Source: Bryobacterales bacterium (lineage in GTDB: Bacteria; Acidobacteriota; Terriglobia; Bryobacterales; UBA6623). From it: DNA of 64,000 nucleotides. The notes below the pieces were generated by a model. The model was not told where the DNA came from and ran no database searches. It was given only the letters and a program-made list of their open reading frames with translations. The position numbers and the translations under genes were made by a program. Below, piece by piece: positions 46,907-58,170 of the stretch. Every line of letters begins with the position of its first letter. Positions within the stretch are counted from its first letter, which is position 1. Location of the stretch: NCBI GenBank assembly GCA_965248365.1, contig CBDFJA010000004.1, positions 342,187 through 406,186 on the forward strand. The letters are read 5' to 3'.

Positions 46907-49900
46907 CTACTGGAAACTATTCTTCTGCCAGAACGAAGCTCTTGAAATCGCCATCTGGCGTTGGTCTGAAGACTTCTTGAACACCTTCGCATCACTTTGC
47001 CGTAGGAGCTGGGTCACCCACTTGTCTGCCACGCCTCCCGCGCTTAAACGGGTTGAATTCTTCCAGCGGAGATCGGCGATTTGAGCCTTGACTAGTAGCT
47101 GCTTCGATTCGGCGCTTCTTCCTAGCGGCTCGACGTCTTGACCGGCGGCTCTTCTTGCAAAATTTGTCCGCAACATCGCCATGTCTCGCTCTTTCGCCAT
47201 CTGCGCCTTTGCTACCCGGTCTCCATCCCAGCGTTGTAACCACAAATCGGTCTGAGCCTCTTGGATCGCCTTCAGGTGGCCGATCAACTCATCGTGCAGC
47301 GCTTCGAGCTCCGCGATCTGCTCGGCAACCTCTTGGCGCACCCGTTCCGGATCGCGTTGGGGCGCCGCTTGATCTAAGACGATCTTTGCGTCGCCGGGGC
47401 GGCTCATGCCCCAGCTATAGTTGAGCCGCACGTAGAAGTTCGCGCCGTTGAACCCGAAGGGCGAGAACTGGCTGTAGTAATTGCCGACCGTCAAGCTGCC
47501 ATTCTCGTTCACGTCGGGGTAAGTATTCAGCACGTTCTCCCCGCCGATGGCCAGAGTGACGTTTTCTCTGAACGGGATGCCCAGCTCGACATCGAGCAGC
47601 ACCTTGCCGGAATAGGACGGGTACAGCCACGACTCGGATACGACGCCCAAGTCAGCCGCGTTCCGCCCGTCCTCGCTGTCCCAGAACTGACCGAAGTAGT
47701 TCAAGCGGCCCATGAGATTCCATCGGCGGGCGTCGTGGTTGACGTTGAAGCTCCACCGCGTGTTCGGCAGCCCCCGTTCCAGCGTAGTGATGCGGAACTG
47801 GTCGATCACGGAAGATTCGACGTTCTTGACCGCTGTATCCGTGTAGTTGTAGATCGCACTGAACGTCGTACGCCCCTTCACCAGCGTCGAGATCAGGTCG
47901 ATGCCCTGGGTCGTCGTCGAAAAGTCGTTCAGGAAGAACCGGAACACGGGGAAATTCCGTGCTTCTGGAATCCCTTCCGCCAGCAACGTATCGATCTCGT
48001 TCTCCGACAAACGGATTTCCTGGGCCAGGGCGACGCGGTCGTCGATGTCGACCCGGAAATAGTCCGCGGTGAAGGTGAACGGGCCCTCCTCGACGACGAC
48101 GCCCGCGCTGTAGTTGCGCGATGTCTCCGGTTGGAGCTGGCCTCCGCCCCGCGCCATGGCCACGGCTGAGGTAGCCGGAACCACACCTTGGTTGGTCAGT
48201 TGCCCGCCGATAAAGGCGGTCGTCACGTTGAACGCGTTCTGTTGCCCCGGCGTCGGCGCCCGAAACCCGGTGCTGACGGCGCCGCGCAGCGCGGCCATGT
48301 CGGTCAGCTTGAGGCGCCCGGAGACCTTGTAGTTGACCGTCTTGCCGAAGTCGTCGAAGTTCTCGAACCGGACGGCCGTGCCGAGCGTCCACCGGCCCGG
48401 GTCGGTGAACTCAACGTCGCCATAGACGGCGATGTTGCTGCGGTCCCAGACTCCCGCCGTCGTGTCGGCCCGGTAGCCGTTGAAGCCGTTCGAACCGGAA
48501 CTGAAGCCCTGCGCGGCATACGGACCGATCTCCCACGACGGCTGATCGCCGGCGCCAATCGTGAACTCCTCCCTCCTCCACTCCGCGCCGGCGGCCAAGT
48601 GCACGAGATCGTTGAGGGGGTAGGTAACGTCGAAGTTGAGATTGGTTTCCTCCTGCCGATAGACGCCGGGCCGGAACGATGTCGGCGTGTCGAAACCGAG
48701 CGACGCATTGACCGTATCGAAAATGAACTGATCGATCTCGCTGGTGCCGATGCTGGCGCTCGCGTCCCAGGTGAAGCCGTTGCTGGCGAACCCGCGCAGA
48801 CCGCCGACCAGCGAGCGGTCGATCAGATCCCCGCCGAACTGCGGAGTGAATCCTCCAGGAAACCGGTTGTGGAGGGTGAAGCAGTTCGGGTCGGCCTCGA
48901 CTGCGGAGAGAGCGCCTGCGTCGGGGACGTTGTCGACGATCGGGATGATGGGGCAGCCGGCGGCGCCCGGCTCCCGTCCGGGAGGAGGATCCTTGCTGGT
49001 GGGCGCGGTATCGGCCCAGACCCGGTCGCCGACGAGCAGCGTACGGTTTCCGTCGACCACGGGACCGCGAAAAACCCCGCCCCGCGTGTGTGGATTCCGG
49101 AAGTAAAAGCCACCGGTCACCTTGCGGGACGCGTAGTTGCCGTGACCGTAGAGTTGATAACGATCGTCGAACAGATGGCCGAAGTTTGCGAACAGCTTGA
49201 AGTCGTGGTTGATTCTCGGCGATCCCCAAACCTGCGCCGTGTCGCGCAGATTCGTATTGCCCGCGTTGATGATGTCCGACGCGTCCTGGCGCTGGATGGC
49301 GCGGTTGGTCGGATCGGCGGTGCCGTACTCCATGCTGATGTTGCCGAAACCGTTCGCTCCCAGCGGCACCCCGACGTTGCCGGCTACGGAAAACGTCCGG
49401 CCGTGTCCGCCGATTCCGTTACACGAGTGCTTGATGTCGCCGATGATGCCCGACCCGCACGTCGCCGGGTCCCCCGAATTGGCATCGAAGAAGCCCCCGG
49501 TTTGAACTTCCAGGCTGCCTCCCGAGGGATCGTCCTTCAGTTGGAAGTTAATGACTCCGGCGATGGCGTCCGAGCCGTATTGCGCCGCCGCGCCGTCGCG
49601 CAGCACCTCAACCTGCCGAATGGCAATCGATGGAATGATGGAGATGTCCGGTCCCTGCGAGCCGTCGGCGATGCCATTTCCCAGCCAAGTGATGACCGCC
49701 GAGCGGTGGCGGCGCTTTCCGTTGACCAGGACCAGCGTGTGGTCGGGCGCCAGGTTGCGCAAGTTAGCCGGACGGACGACGGTCCCCGCATCGCTGATCG
49801 GCTGAGTGTTGATGTTGAAGGAGGGGATGACAGCCCGCAGCTGGGATACCAAATCCCTGCTGCCCTGTCTAGCGAGGTCCTCGGCACGGATGACGTCCAC

Positions 49901-50134
49901 GGGCACGGTGGACTCGGTCACCGATCGTGGCGCGGCGCGGCTGCCGACGACCACGACGGACGTGGTGACAGCGGCCAATTCGAGCATAAAGTTTCGCAGG
50001 ACCGATTGGCCGGCAATCAGTTCGACGTCATCGGCGATGCCAGTCTCGAAGCCGGAATTCTCGGCCGTAATCGTGTAGATCCCGGGCTCCAGAGTCAATT
50101 CGTATGCGCCAGCGGCATCCGTCGAACCGGTCAC
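46907..50134 (-). pseudogene. TonB-dependent receptor, 5'-truncated and carrying a 167-aa non-receptor C-terminal extension
   Basis: TonB box-like 'SVVVVGSR', plug 'PDHTLVLVNGKRRH', 'IEVLRDGAAAQYGSDAIAGVIN', barrel end 'FYVRLNYSW' at 47411; no signal peptide. Confidence 0.85.
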
Positions 50135-50280
50135 CTCGGCTCCGGTGGCGTTGTTGGTCGCCGTTATTTCCGCGCCTGGGATGACTGAGAATACTGGTCA
50201 TGAGCGCCGACTTTCTGGACTGACTCTTCTATTCAGGTCGACCGACCCCTGCCTCGTCTGATGGCACCCGCAAACAGTTC

Positions 50281-50343
50281 ATGGAAACCCTGGCGACGCT
50301 TCCGCCGTTGATCATCGACGATCTGGGTCTATATACCTTGCCT
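50281..50343 (+). pseudogene. IS21 istB-like remnant interrupted by IS4 copy 4 (resumes 51682-51699)
   Basis: Reconstituted 'LIIDDLGLYTLPVRRAD*' resembles the IstB Walker B region. Confidence 0.45.
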
Positions 50344-51672
50344 CAGTGCTGTCCGGGGAAAGTCGCGCCATCGGACGGTAAGTCTCGACCGCTCAATGTC
50401 TTATGGCCTGTTTTGCCCGGGAACGATTTGAAATCCCGAGGCCGCAAATGGTCGCCTGAACGGAGCATCCGGACGCGGCACAATGAGGGATGAACCTTGG
50501 CCGTACGGTTTTCTCCCAACTGATCGAGCACCTACCGAGCAAAGAGTTTCAGAAATGTGTATCGCGCTACCGCGGCGATTCCTATCTGAAAAGTTTCTCC
50601 TGCTGGGATCAGTTTCTTGCGATGGCATTCGCCCAGCTGACCTATCGGGCAAGCCTCCGCGACATCGAGACGTGCCTGCGTTCGATGCACGGCAAACTCT
50701 ACCACATGGGATTCCGCGGCAGGGTAGCGCGCTCGACACTGGCCGATGCGAACGAGTCGCGCGACTGGCGGATCTACGCGGACTTCGCGCAGGTCTTGAT
50801 TGGCATGGCACGGCCGTTATATGCCCACGACCCGATCGGTGTGGACTTGGACCAGACTCTGTACGCTCTCGACTCGACAACAATCGACCTCTGCCTGTCG
50901 CTGTTTCCGTGGGCGAGATTCCGCAAGCAAAAGGCCGCCGTGAAGATGCACACGCTGCTGGATCTGCACGGCAATATTCCCACGTTCATCCGCATTACTG
51001 GAGGCAAAGTGCACGACATCAACATCCTCGACGAGATCGGCCCGGAGGCCGGCGCGTTCTACGTCATGGATCGGGCCTACGTCGATTTCGAACGCCTCTT
51101 CGTGTTCACTCTCTGCTCGTCGTTCTTCGTCGTGCGAACCAAGAAGAACATCTTGCTCCAACGGCGCTACTCGCATCCCGTCGACAAATCCACGGGCTTG
51201 CGCTCGGATCAGACCGTCATACTGGCTGCCATCGAATCGGCCCAAGCCTATCCCGACCCGTTGCGGAGGGTCAGTTACTTCGACGCCCGGACGAACAAGC
51301 GGCTGAAGTTTCTGACCAACAACTTCGCGCTCCCGGCGCTGACCATCGCCCACATCTACAAGTCGCGTTGGCAGATTGAGTTGTTCTTCAAGTGGATCAA
51401 GCAACATCTGCGAATCAACTCGTTTTACGGCACCAGCGAGAACGCCGTCAAGACGCATATCTGGATCGCTGTCTCGATTTACGTGCTCATCGCCATCGTC
51501 CGGAAACGGCTCGGGCTGGAAGCGAGTCTTTACCAGATTCTACAGATTCTCAGCGTTACGCAATTCGAAAAAATGCCCCTTTTACAGGCACTCCAGCCAT
51601 CCGACTCCCCAAACGAATCCCCCTATGACCCCAACCAATTGATTCTATTCGACTTTTAACCGGACAGCAGTG
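50344..51672 (+). mobile_element. IS4-family insertion sequence, copy 4, with 9-bp target duplication
   Basis: ACCTTGCCT at 50335-50343 and 51673-51681. Confidence 0.97.
50490..51659 (+). CDS. IS4 transposase
   Basis: Protein sequence matches copy 1. Confidence 0.95.
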   Translation: MNLGRTVFSQLIEHLPSKEFQKCVSRYRGDSYLKSFSCWDQFLAMAFAQLTYRASLRDIETCLRSMHGKLYHMGFRGRVARSTLADANESRDWRIYADFAQVLIGMARPLYAHDPIGVDLDQTLYALDSTTIDLCLSLFPWARFRKQKAAVKMHTLLDLHGNIPTFIRITGGKVHDINILDEIGPEAGAFYVMDRAYVDFERLFVFTLCSSFFVVRTKKNILLQRRYSHPVDKSTGLRSDQTVILAAIESAQAYPDPLRRVSYFDARTNKRLKFLTNNFALPALTIAHIYKSRWQIELFFKWIKQHLRINSFYGTSENAVKTHIWIAVSIYVLIAIVRKRLGLEASLYQILQILSVTQFEKMPLLQALQPSDSPNESPYDPNQLILFDF

Positions 51673-52025
51673 ACCTTGCCTGTTCGCCGGGCAGACTGAA
51701 TGTTCGTTTATGGGAAGCTGCCATCGTGAAACCTCCAAGTGAGATGACTTTCTAGTAGGGTATGATATTTTCATATCGAATTCCAGTGCTGCGTGGCGGT
51801 GGCATTGGTGCATGAATTGACGTAAGCGGGCACGCTAGCTGTGGGGGTGGGATCCCGGGGCGGGAAGGTGGTAGACATGCGCTCCCTCTTCGGTGTCGCT
51901 ATTCAATGCCGAAGGTTTCGGGAAGCAAAACTGAGGTAATCTGTGTACATGGGGACAAAACACGAACGGCAGTCACAAGCGCCTCTGCCTCAGTGTGAAA
52001 TCAAACCCAAGGAGACCCAAAGGCC

Positions 52026-52325
52026 ATGAAGAAGCAAGGACGTTATCACCACTTTGGCGTGGACTGGCCGGGAGAGTCGTTCAGTGAGTCGGTCACGCTG
52101 TGTGGCGTCGAGAGTGACGACGTAGGGACGGGACAGACACTCTGCCCCGACTGTGCCCAGGTCGCCATCATCTTGAATTTTTGTGGATTGGGACCGGAGA
52201 GCCTCCGGCAGTTCTTTTCCGCGCTCAGGACGATAGATCCTTTCGCGCTGAAAGCCGAGATTGAGGCCCTGCGGGGTCGAGCGGTCGAGATCGAGAAGCT
52301 GCAGGCTCGGGCGAGTCTTAACTAA
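52026..52325 (+). CDS. Small hypothetical protein with Cys cluster
   Basis: AAGGAG upstream; 'TLCG...TLCPDC'. Confidence 0.4.
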   Translation: MKKQGRYHHFGVDWPGESFSESVTLCGVESDDVGTGQTLCPDCAQVAIILNFCGLGPESLRQFFSALRTIDPFALKAEIEALRGRAVEIEKLQARASLN

Positions 52326-52993
52326 CAGAGCGTCTCTATGGCCTATGGAGGGTAGCGGGCAAAACGCTGCCATGTTACACGCTAAGCCCGGATCGGAGTC
52401 GAGGCTTGCTGCTGTTAGGAGGCCATCCAGCGATAAGGTGTTGAGCGAGAGATGCGACTCAACCCGCCCAGCCAAAGCGCGGCTTGATGCCCTGCCGCGG
52501 GGACCAGAGGCACGACGTCGGGCAGTAATAGCCCGGTAGGGTCTATCCCCGCACACGCGCGGGAACCCGTCAAGCGCTCCTTATCTTTAGACGCCCTGGA
52601 GACCACAACCTGCTCCTCTACGGCCAGTACCTCATCGATCGCAGCCTCATCCGCGCGGCCTAGCGTGTAACGAGGGCCAGAATCAGCCTGCGGCACAAAA
52701 GGTTTGACACAACGAGCCATGAACAAACACGGCATCCTGGATGGACATAGTGAAGCTTCGAATCAACCCGTTTCTACCCGATCAAGCTACTTATCAGATA
52801 TTATTAGGGACCGCTGGTCCCCCTCGATTTCCTAGGGGTGGCTTCCCCCGCGCCTCGGCACCGGGCGGGCAAAAATACGATCCCCAACAGTTCCGGAGGT
52901 AGATCAGTGGGAAGGGCGGTAGGCTGAATTCCTAGCTGGGGAAGTTGAAGCCACGTTTGTGTTTTGACCTTCTGGCATTGCAAGGAGACCCAG

Positions 52994-53491
52994 ATGAGTG
53001 TGATCGACGAAGTGCTTAGCAATAACATCCGCTATGCGGAGGGTTTCGACAAAGGTGATTTGCCGCTTCCGCCGGGACGCAAGCTGGCTGTCCTGGCTTG
53101 CATGGATGCGCGCCTGGACCCTCACCGGATCCTGGGCCTCAAGGAAGGGGACGCGCATGTGATACGTAATGCGGGCGGTGTAGTCAGCGACGACGCCATC
53201 CGGTCGCTTGTGATTTCCCAGCGGCTGCTGGACACTCGAGAAATCGTGCTGATCCACCACACGGACTGTGGGATGTTGACCTTCCGTGACGACGACGTCA
53301 AAGACGCCATCGAAGCCGATACCGGCTTGCGCCCTCCCTTTGCGCTAGAGGCGTTTGGAGATCTGGAACAGGATGTTCGTCAATCCATGTCCCGCATTCA
53401 AGCCAACCCCTTTATCCTTTACAAGGATCAAGTACGCGGATTCATCTACGACTGTGCCACCGGGCGGCTCAAGGAAGTCTCTCCCTCCTGA
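52994..53491 (+). CDS. Beta-class carbonic anhydrase (clade D type)
   Basis: Zn ligands 'LACMDARL' and 'HHTDCGM', 'IRNAGG'; RBS AAGGAG. Confidence 0.93.
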   Translation: MSVIDEVLSNNIRYAEGFDKGDLPLPPGRKLAVLACMDARLDPHRILGLKEGDAHVIRNAGGVVSDDAIRSLVISQRLLDTREIVLIHHTDCGMLTFRDDDVKDAIEADTGLRPPFALEAFGDLEQDVRQSMSRIQANPFILYKDQVRGFIYDCATGRLKEVSPS

Positions 53492-53774
53492 ACCATCGGT
53501 CCGGGTGAAGAAATGACCCGGTAAGACTTCGAGAAAACCGTTAGCGGCGAATTTCTTCTCACAGTGAGGCGGACGATTACCGTGGACCTGAAGAACGGGG
53601 ATCGAACGACAGCCGGGTGAACGGCATCTTGACTAGAGTTGAGATGCAAGGCGGAGATTTTCTCCCGGGCACCCCCCAAGGAGCACCGCACGACCGTTTC
53701 CGACCTCACTCCGCACGTTGGCGCCAGCAACAACAGGGAGACGGTTATCGTGCCTCTCCCTTCGCGGCAGGGGC

Positions 53775-54101
53775 TCAGCGGGCCCGCTCGATCAGCCGCA
53801 TCAGGTTCGCGACATGCTGCTTCAGGCGGACCCGGCCGTCGGCGGTCAGGTGATACCAGGTCACCGGTCGCCGGTCGCGGTAGGTCTTCTCGATCGAGAG
53901 ATAGCCGGAGTCCTCGAGCTTGCGAAGGTGCGTGCCAAGACTGCCGTCCTTCTCTTCGAGCACCTGCTTCAGGCGACTGAACGACATCACGTCGTGCTTC
54001 GAGAGCAGAACGCAGATCGCAAGCCGTACTCGGTGTTCGAGGAGTCCATTGAGCGAATCCAACTCGTCGAGACCTGGAATGTCCGGGTCAGTTCGTGGCA
54101 T
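53775..54101 (-). CDS. Winged-helix transcriptional regulator (ArsR/MarR-like HTH_34 type)
   Basis: 'LLEHRVRLAICVLL...SFSRLKQVL...GSLGTHLRKLEDSGY...RRPVTWYHLTADGR'. Confidence 0.85.
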   Translation of the reverse strand: MPRTDPDIPGLDELDSLNGLLEHRVRLAICVLLSKHDVMSFSRLKQVLEEKDGSLGTHLRKLEDSGYLSIEKTYRDRRPVTWYHLTADGRVRLKQHVANLMRLIERAR

Positions 54102-54669
54102 CGCGCACCCGTGCTCCAAGGAACGCCTGCGCTGTGAGGGTGACGGCAACGATGACACCGGCGGTGGTCCACCCATACCCGGGCACGAAGAGCGTGATTA
54201 GGTAACAGACGCCGAGCATCAGGCCAATCGGCAGGAGTCGACGTTCCAGATGCACGCCCGCTTGGAAGTATGTCAAGCCCAAGAGCAGGACCCAAGGCGA
54301 GCTGAACCCGGACCACTTTAAGTGTCCCGCTACGACGAGCGCCCCGCCGAGCAGACCGGCCACCATGAACGCCAGCCAGTGAAGACTCCAGCGAATGCCC
54401 TCCTGACGATCGGTCTGCCCCGCGTGGTGACTCGCCCGTATACCGAGCCACATGGAGAGGCAGAAGCCGGCTGGCGCCGAGACGAGCCAGTACCCACCGA
54501 TCCATCGGTAATCGTCGGTGAAATCCACCAGTGCGAAGCCGCAGAGTCCTATTGCCGCCCACAGCAGATATATGGACGGGATCGGATTGGTGTCCGATCG
54601 ATCTGCGGCGGCGCGGACGTACGCGATGTCTTCCTTGAGTTCCTCTGTGTTGGTCATGTGTTCCTCCAT
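54088..54669 (-). CDS. Multi-pass membrane protein coupled to the regulator
   Basis: About 6 TM segments; overlaps the regulator start. Confidence 0.75.
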   Translation of the reverse strand: MEEHMTNTEELKEDIAYVRAAADRSDTNPIPSIYLLWAAIGLCGFALVDFTDDYRWIGGYWLVSAPAGFCLSMWLGIRASHHAGQTDRQEGIRWSLHWLAFMVAGLLGGALVVAGHLKWSGFSSPWVLLLGLTYFQAGVHLERRLLPIGLMLGVCYLITLFVPGYGWTTAGVIVAVTLTAQAFLGARVRDATN

Positions 54670-54701
54670 CTCTGCATCGACGAGATACTCTCAATTCAAG
54701 G

Positions 54702-54722
54702 TAACTCTTAATAATAGAGTTA
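54702..54722. promoter_or_regulatory. Palindromic operator candidate TAACTCT-N7-AGAGTTA
   Basis: Perfect 7-bp arms 33 bp upstream of the membrane protein/regulator operon. Confidence 0.5.
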
Positions 54723-54754
54723 ATTGTTGAAGCTGTCAATAGCAAGATCACTTG

Positions 54755-55791
54755 TTATTGAATCTCGCATAATATAGAGTTAGTCAAGGCCAAGAGAAGA
54801 CAGAAGGCCGTAATCAAGCGCGGTTTGCGGCGCATGCGACGCAGGGATTTGCGGGCACGCTCGTCCAGCTCCCAGTAGTCCTTCGGACAGACGTTCGGCA
54901 ACTCGTGCTGCTTCCAGTAAGCCCAAATGTATTCCACCGGGTTCAGCTCCGGTGCATAGGGCGGCAAGCACTCCGTGGCGATGTGGCCTTCGGAGAGCTC
55001 GATGAACTCCCGCACCAGGCGGCTGCGGTGCGCCGGCAGGCGGTCCCAGACGATCAGCAGCGGGCCGTCGATGTGGCGGACCAAAGCCTTCAGGAAGTCG
55101 ATGACCTCCAGCTCGCCGATGGCGCCGGGATAGAGCCGGAAGTAGAAGTTGCGCAAGGTCAGCCCGGCGGAAACGGAAAGTTTCTGCCAGTTGAAGTTGA
55201 ACTCCAGCACGGGTGTCTCGCCGCGGGGCGCCCAGGTGCGGCAACGATGGGGCTTCTGACTCAGTCCGCTTTCGTCGATGAAGACGATCGTGCGGCCTTG
55301 TTTTTGGGCTTTTTTTTAGTGGCCGGCCAAGTCTTGCGCCGCCAGTTGCGGATGGCTTCTTCGTTGCGCTCGCGGGCCTTGCCGACAGGCCGTTGCGGGC
55401 TCCAGTGGAGCGCCCGCAGGATCTTCCAAACATGACCTTCGTGATAGCGCACGCCGAACTCGTCGGCGATCAGACGAGCGACTCGCGGACAAGTCCACAG
55501 CGGCGTCGAGAAGCCCTGCGCTTCGGGGCCCCGCAGCAGCATTGCCTCCAGACGTTCCCGTTGCGTGGCGTCTAACAGCGGCTTGCGGCCGGCGCGCCCG
55601 GCCCGGCGGAGTCCGGCGGCACCGTGCGCGCCATGCTCGCTAACCCAACGGCTCACGCTTTGCTGCGCCGCCTTCACGCGCCGTGCTGCCTCGGACTGAC
55701 TCAAACCTTCGTCGACGACCAGCCGCACGGCCTCCAGCCGTCGCTTTTCCAGAGCATCAAAATCGCGCCTTACGCCTCTTGGGTTCCCCAT
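54755..55791 (-). CDS. IS630 transposase (frameshift-joined), altered C-terminus
   Basis: ORF-A 55261-55791 plus ORF-B; C-terminus reads AFCLLLALTNS instead of AFWKQSSLGLD. Confidence 0.8.
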
Positions 55792-55846
55792 GTCTATTAA
55801 GACGAGCAGAACCCCAAAAGGTTACTCTATATTATGCGGGAGTCAA
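54758..55846 (-). mobile_element. IS630-family insertion sequence, copy 2
   Basis: Same IRs; TA at 54756-7 and 55847-8 in TTAA context; 7-bp deletion near the transposase 3' end relative to copy 1. Confidence 0.93.
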
Positions 55847-55894
55847 TAAGCTGGACGGGTTCAGGGTGGGGAAACAACCTGAAATGGGGCAATG

Positions 55895-55932
55895 AGGGTA
55901 CCGCCCAGATTGCTGTAAAAATATCCTTTAAG
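55895..55932 (+). repeat. 38-bp Tn3-family terminal inverted repeat (resolvase end)
   Basis: AGGGTACCGCCCAGATTGCTGTAAAAATATCCTTTAAG; 36/38 identical to 59410-59447. Confidence 0.85.
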
Positions 55933-56150
55933 GGCGATGAGCCCGAGACTGCGGCTGTGAAGCGTTGGGAGCGAGTTGCCGCGAGTTAATAAAGTGCTGC
56001 ATGGCGATCCTGGAGATGTCCAGGATCTTGGCGATGGAGGCCTTGGAGACCTGCTTGTGTAGGAGTATGCGGATTTCTGGCTCCTTGCCGTCGAGCTTGG
56101 ACTTGCATCGGTATTGGGTTCCGTTGTGCCCGGGAAGTTTTCCCTTGACC
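55928..56150 (-). pseudogene. Serine resolvase C-terminal HTH fragment
   Basis: 'KGKL...KSKLDGKEPEIRILLHKQVSKASIAKILDISR' ending at the Tn3 IR. Confidence 0.65.
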
Positions 56151-56203
56151 CTGATGGACGGACACCCTTGTTGCACCATCACGCGCTGGATGCGGATGAA
56201 CCC

Positions 56204-56488
56204 ATGACTTATCGAGAGAGCCTCTGCGCAGGGTGGCTTCTCATTTGGCGGGGTACTGCCGGGGCCTTCCTTGTGGGAATCACTGCTTCCTTGTTTATGT
56301 TGGTTTTTATAGGCCTTCTCAGTACTGTCGGTATCGCTATTCGAGGAAACGCGGAGACCGCTTTCCGTGGGCTTGTAAATGCTCTTGTGCTCATCTTTAT
56401 CATCTATCCAGTACTTCTGCGGATGATGATGGACAAAGACTTCAACCTAAAAACGGCAGTTGGACGGCAGCTTGGGGGAGGCAAGTAG
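56204..56488 (+). CDS. Small hypothetical membrane protein
   Basis: Two hydrophobic helices, AT-richer codons. Confidence 0.45.
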   Translation: MTYRESLCAGWLLIWRGTAGAFLVGITASLFMLVFIGLLSTVGIAIRGNAETAFRGLVNALVLIFIIYPVLLRMMMDKDFNLKTAVGRQLGGGK

Positions 56489-56652
56489 TTGATACTGGAG
56501 TCGATGGCAGAGAAAAAGCGATCCCTGCAGCTTCACCCACAAGGTGTAAGCGCCGGAGCGAAAATAGACCACAGGGCGGCCGTTTGAGGCCGCTGGTGGC
56601 GGAGCAAAACTAGACCGCCCGCCCGCATTTCATAAAACATTTTTGGGGTGTT

Positions 56653-58170
56653 TTGTGTGATGCAGGAGGGATGTACTCTGTGGAGCTGTACGCACGCGTT
56701 CGCCGAGCGGTCTTTGTCGAAGGGGTCAGCGAGAGAGAAGCGGCGCAGCGCTTCGGGCTGGCGCGCGAGACCGTGCGCAAGATGCTGCGCTACGCCGCGC
56801 CGCCGGGCTATCGGCGGCAGAAGCCGATTCGACGCCCGAAGCTCGACGCCTACACACCGATCATCGACCAGATCCTGGAGACGGACCTAGCGCTGCCGAA
56901 GAAGCAACGGCACACGGCGAAACGTATCTTCGAACGACTCCGAGACGAGCACGACTTCGCGGGCGGCTACACCATCATCAAAGACTACGTGCGGCTGAAG
57001 CGGACCTCGCAGCGCGAGATGTTCGTGCCGCTGACGCATCCGCCGGGGCACACCCAGGCGGACTTCGGCGAGGCGCAAGTGGAGATCGGCGGGGTGCTGG
57101 CGAAGGCGCACTACTTCGTCATCGATCTACCCCACAGCGACGAGAGTTACGTGCGGGCATTTCCGGCCGAGACGACGGAAGCTTTCTTGGAGGGGCACGT
57201 CGAGGCGTTTCGCTACTGGGGTGGCGTGCCGCGACGGATTCTCTACGACAACACAACGCTGGCGGTGGCGCGGATCCTAGGCGACGGGACGCGGCAGAAG
57301 ACGCAGGCGTTCTCGGAGCTGCAGTCGCACTACTTGTTCGCAGAGCGTTTTGGGAGGCCGGGCAAGGGAAACGACAAGGGGAAGGTCGAGAACCTTGTGA
57401 AGGTCGCCCGACGGAGCTTCTTCGTACCACGGCCCCGGTTCCCCAGTTGGGCAGCGTTGAACGTATGGCTGGAAGAGCAGTGCCGGAAGAGGCGAGAGCG
57501 CCGGCAACGCGGGCATCGAGAGAAGATCGGAGAGCGCTTCGAGCGTGATCGACGAGCGCTGTTAGCGCTGCCGGTAGCGGCGTATGAGGCCTGCGAGACA
57601 CGTCCTGGGAGAGTGACGTCGTTGTCGCTGGTGCGCTACCACACCAACGACTACTCGGTGCCGACCGAGTACGGACACCGCCAAGTGCTAATCAAGGGCT
57701 ATGTGGACAAAGTCGTCATCTGCGCCGGCAGCGAGGAGATCGCACGGCATCGGCGCAGCTATGGGCGTGAGGGGCTGATCTTTCACCCGCTGCACTATCT
57801 GGCCCTACTGGAGCGCAAGACCGGAGCACTCGAGCAAGCAGCGCCGCTGGAAGGCTGGCAGTTGCCCGAGGAGTTTGCTGGACTGCGCCGGCTGCTCGAA
57901 GCGCGGCTCGGCAAGGCTGGAGCTCGAGAGTATGTCCAGGTACTGCGTCTGCTCGAGGACGTTCCGCTCGAAGAAGTCCGTGCTGCCGTAGGGGACGCCT
58001 TACGGCTCGGCGCGATCTCTTTCGATGCCGTCAAGCATCTCGTGCTGTGTCGCATCGAACAGCGCCCACCCCGGCTGGAACTTGAGAATTATCCCCATCT
58101 GCCCACGGCGCGCGTGGCGAGGACCGCAGCGGCGGACTATCTGGCGCTGGTGGACGCGGGAGCCGAGTGA
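56653..58170 (+). CDS. istA: IS21 transposase IstA
   Basis: 'QADFGEA', 'ILYDN', 'GNDKGKVE'. Confidence 0.95.
   Translation: MCDAGGMYSVELYARVRRAVFVEGVSEREAAQRFGLARETVRKMLRYAAPPGYRRQKPIRRPKLDAYTPIIDQILETDLALPKKQRHTAKRIFERLRDEHDFAGGYTIIKDYVRLKRTSQREMFVPLTHPPGHTQADFGEAQVEIGGVLAKAHYFVIDLPHSDESYVRAFPAETTEAFLEGHVEAFRYWGGVPRRILYDNTTLAVARILGDGTRQKTQAFSELQSHYLFAERFGRPGKGNDKGKVENLVKVARRSFFVPRPRFPSWAALNVWLEEQCRKRRERRQRGHREKIGERFERDRRALLALPVAAYEACETRPGRVTSLSLVRYHTNDYSVPTEYGHRQVLIKGYVDKVVICAGSEEIARHRRSYGREGLIFHPLHYLALLERKTGALEQAAPLEGWQLPEEFAGLRRLLEARLGKAGAREYVQVLRLLEDVPLEEVRAAVGDALRLGAISFDAVKHLVLCRIEQRPPRLELENYPHLPTARVARTAAADYLALVDAGAE

Noticed and set aside
52415-52735. Possible gene fragment on the minus strand
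   Set aside because: Partly protein-like, but no family could be assigned from sequence alone
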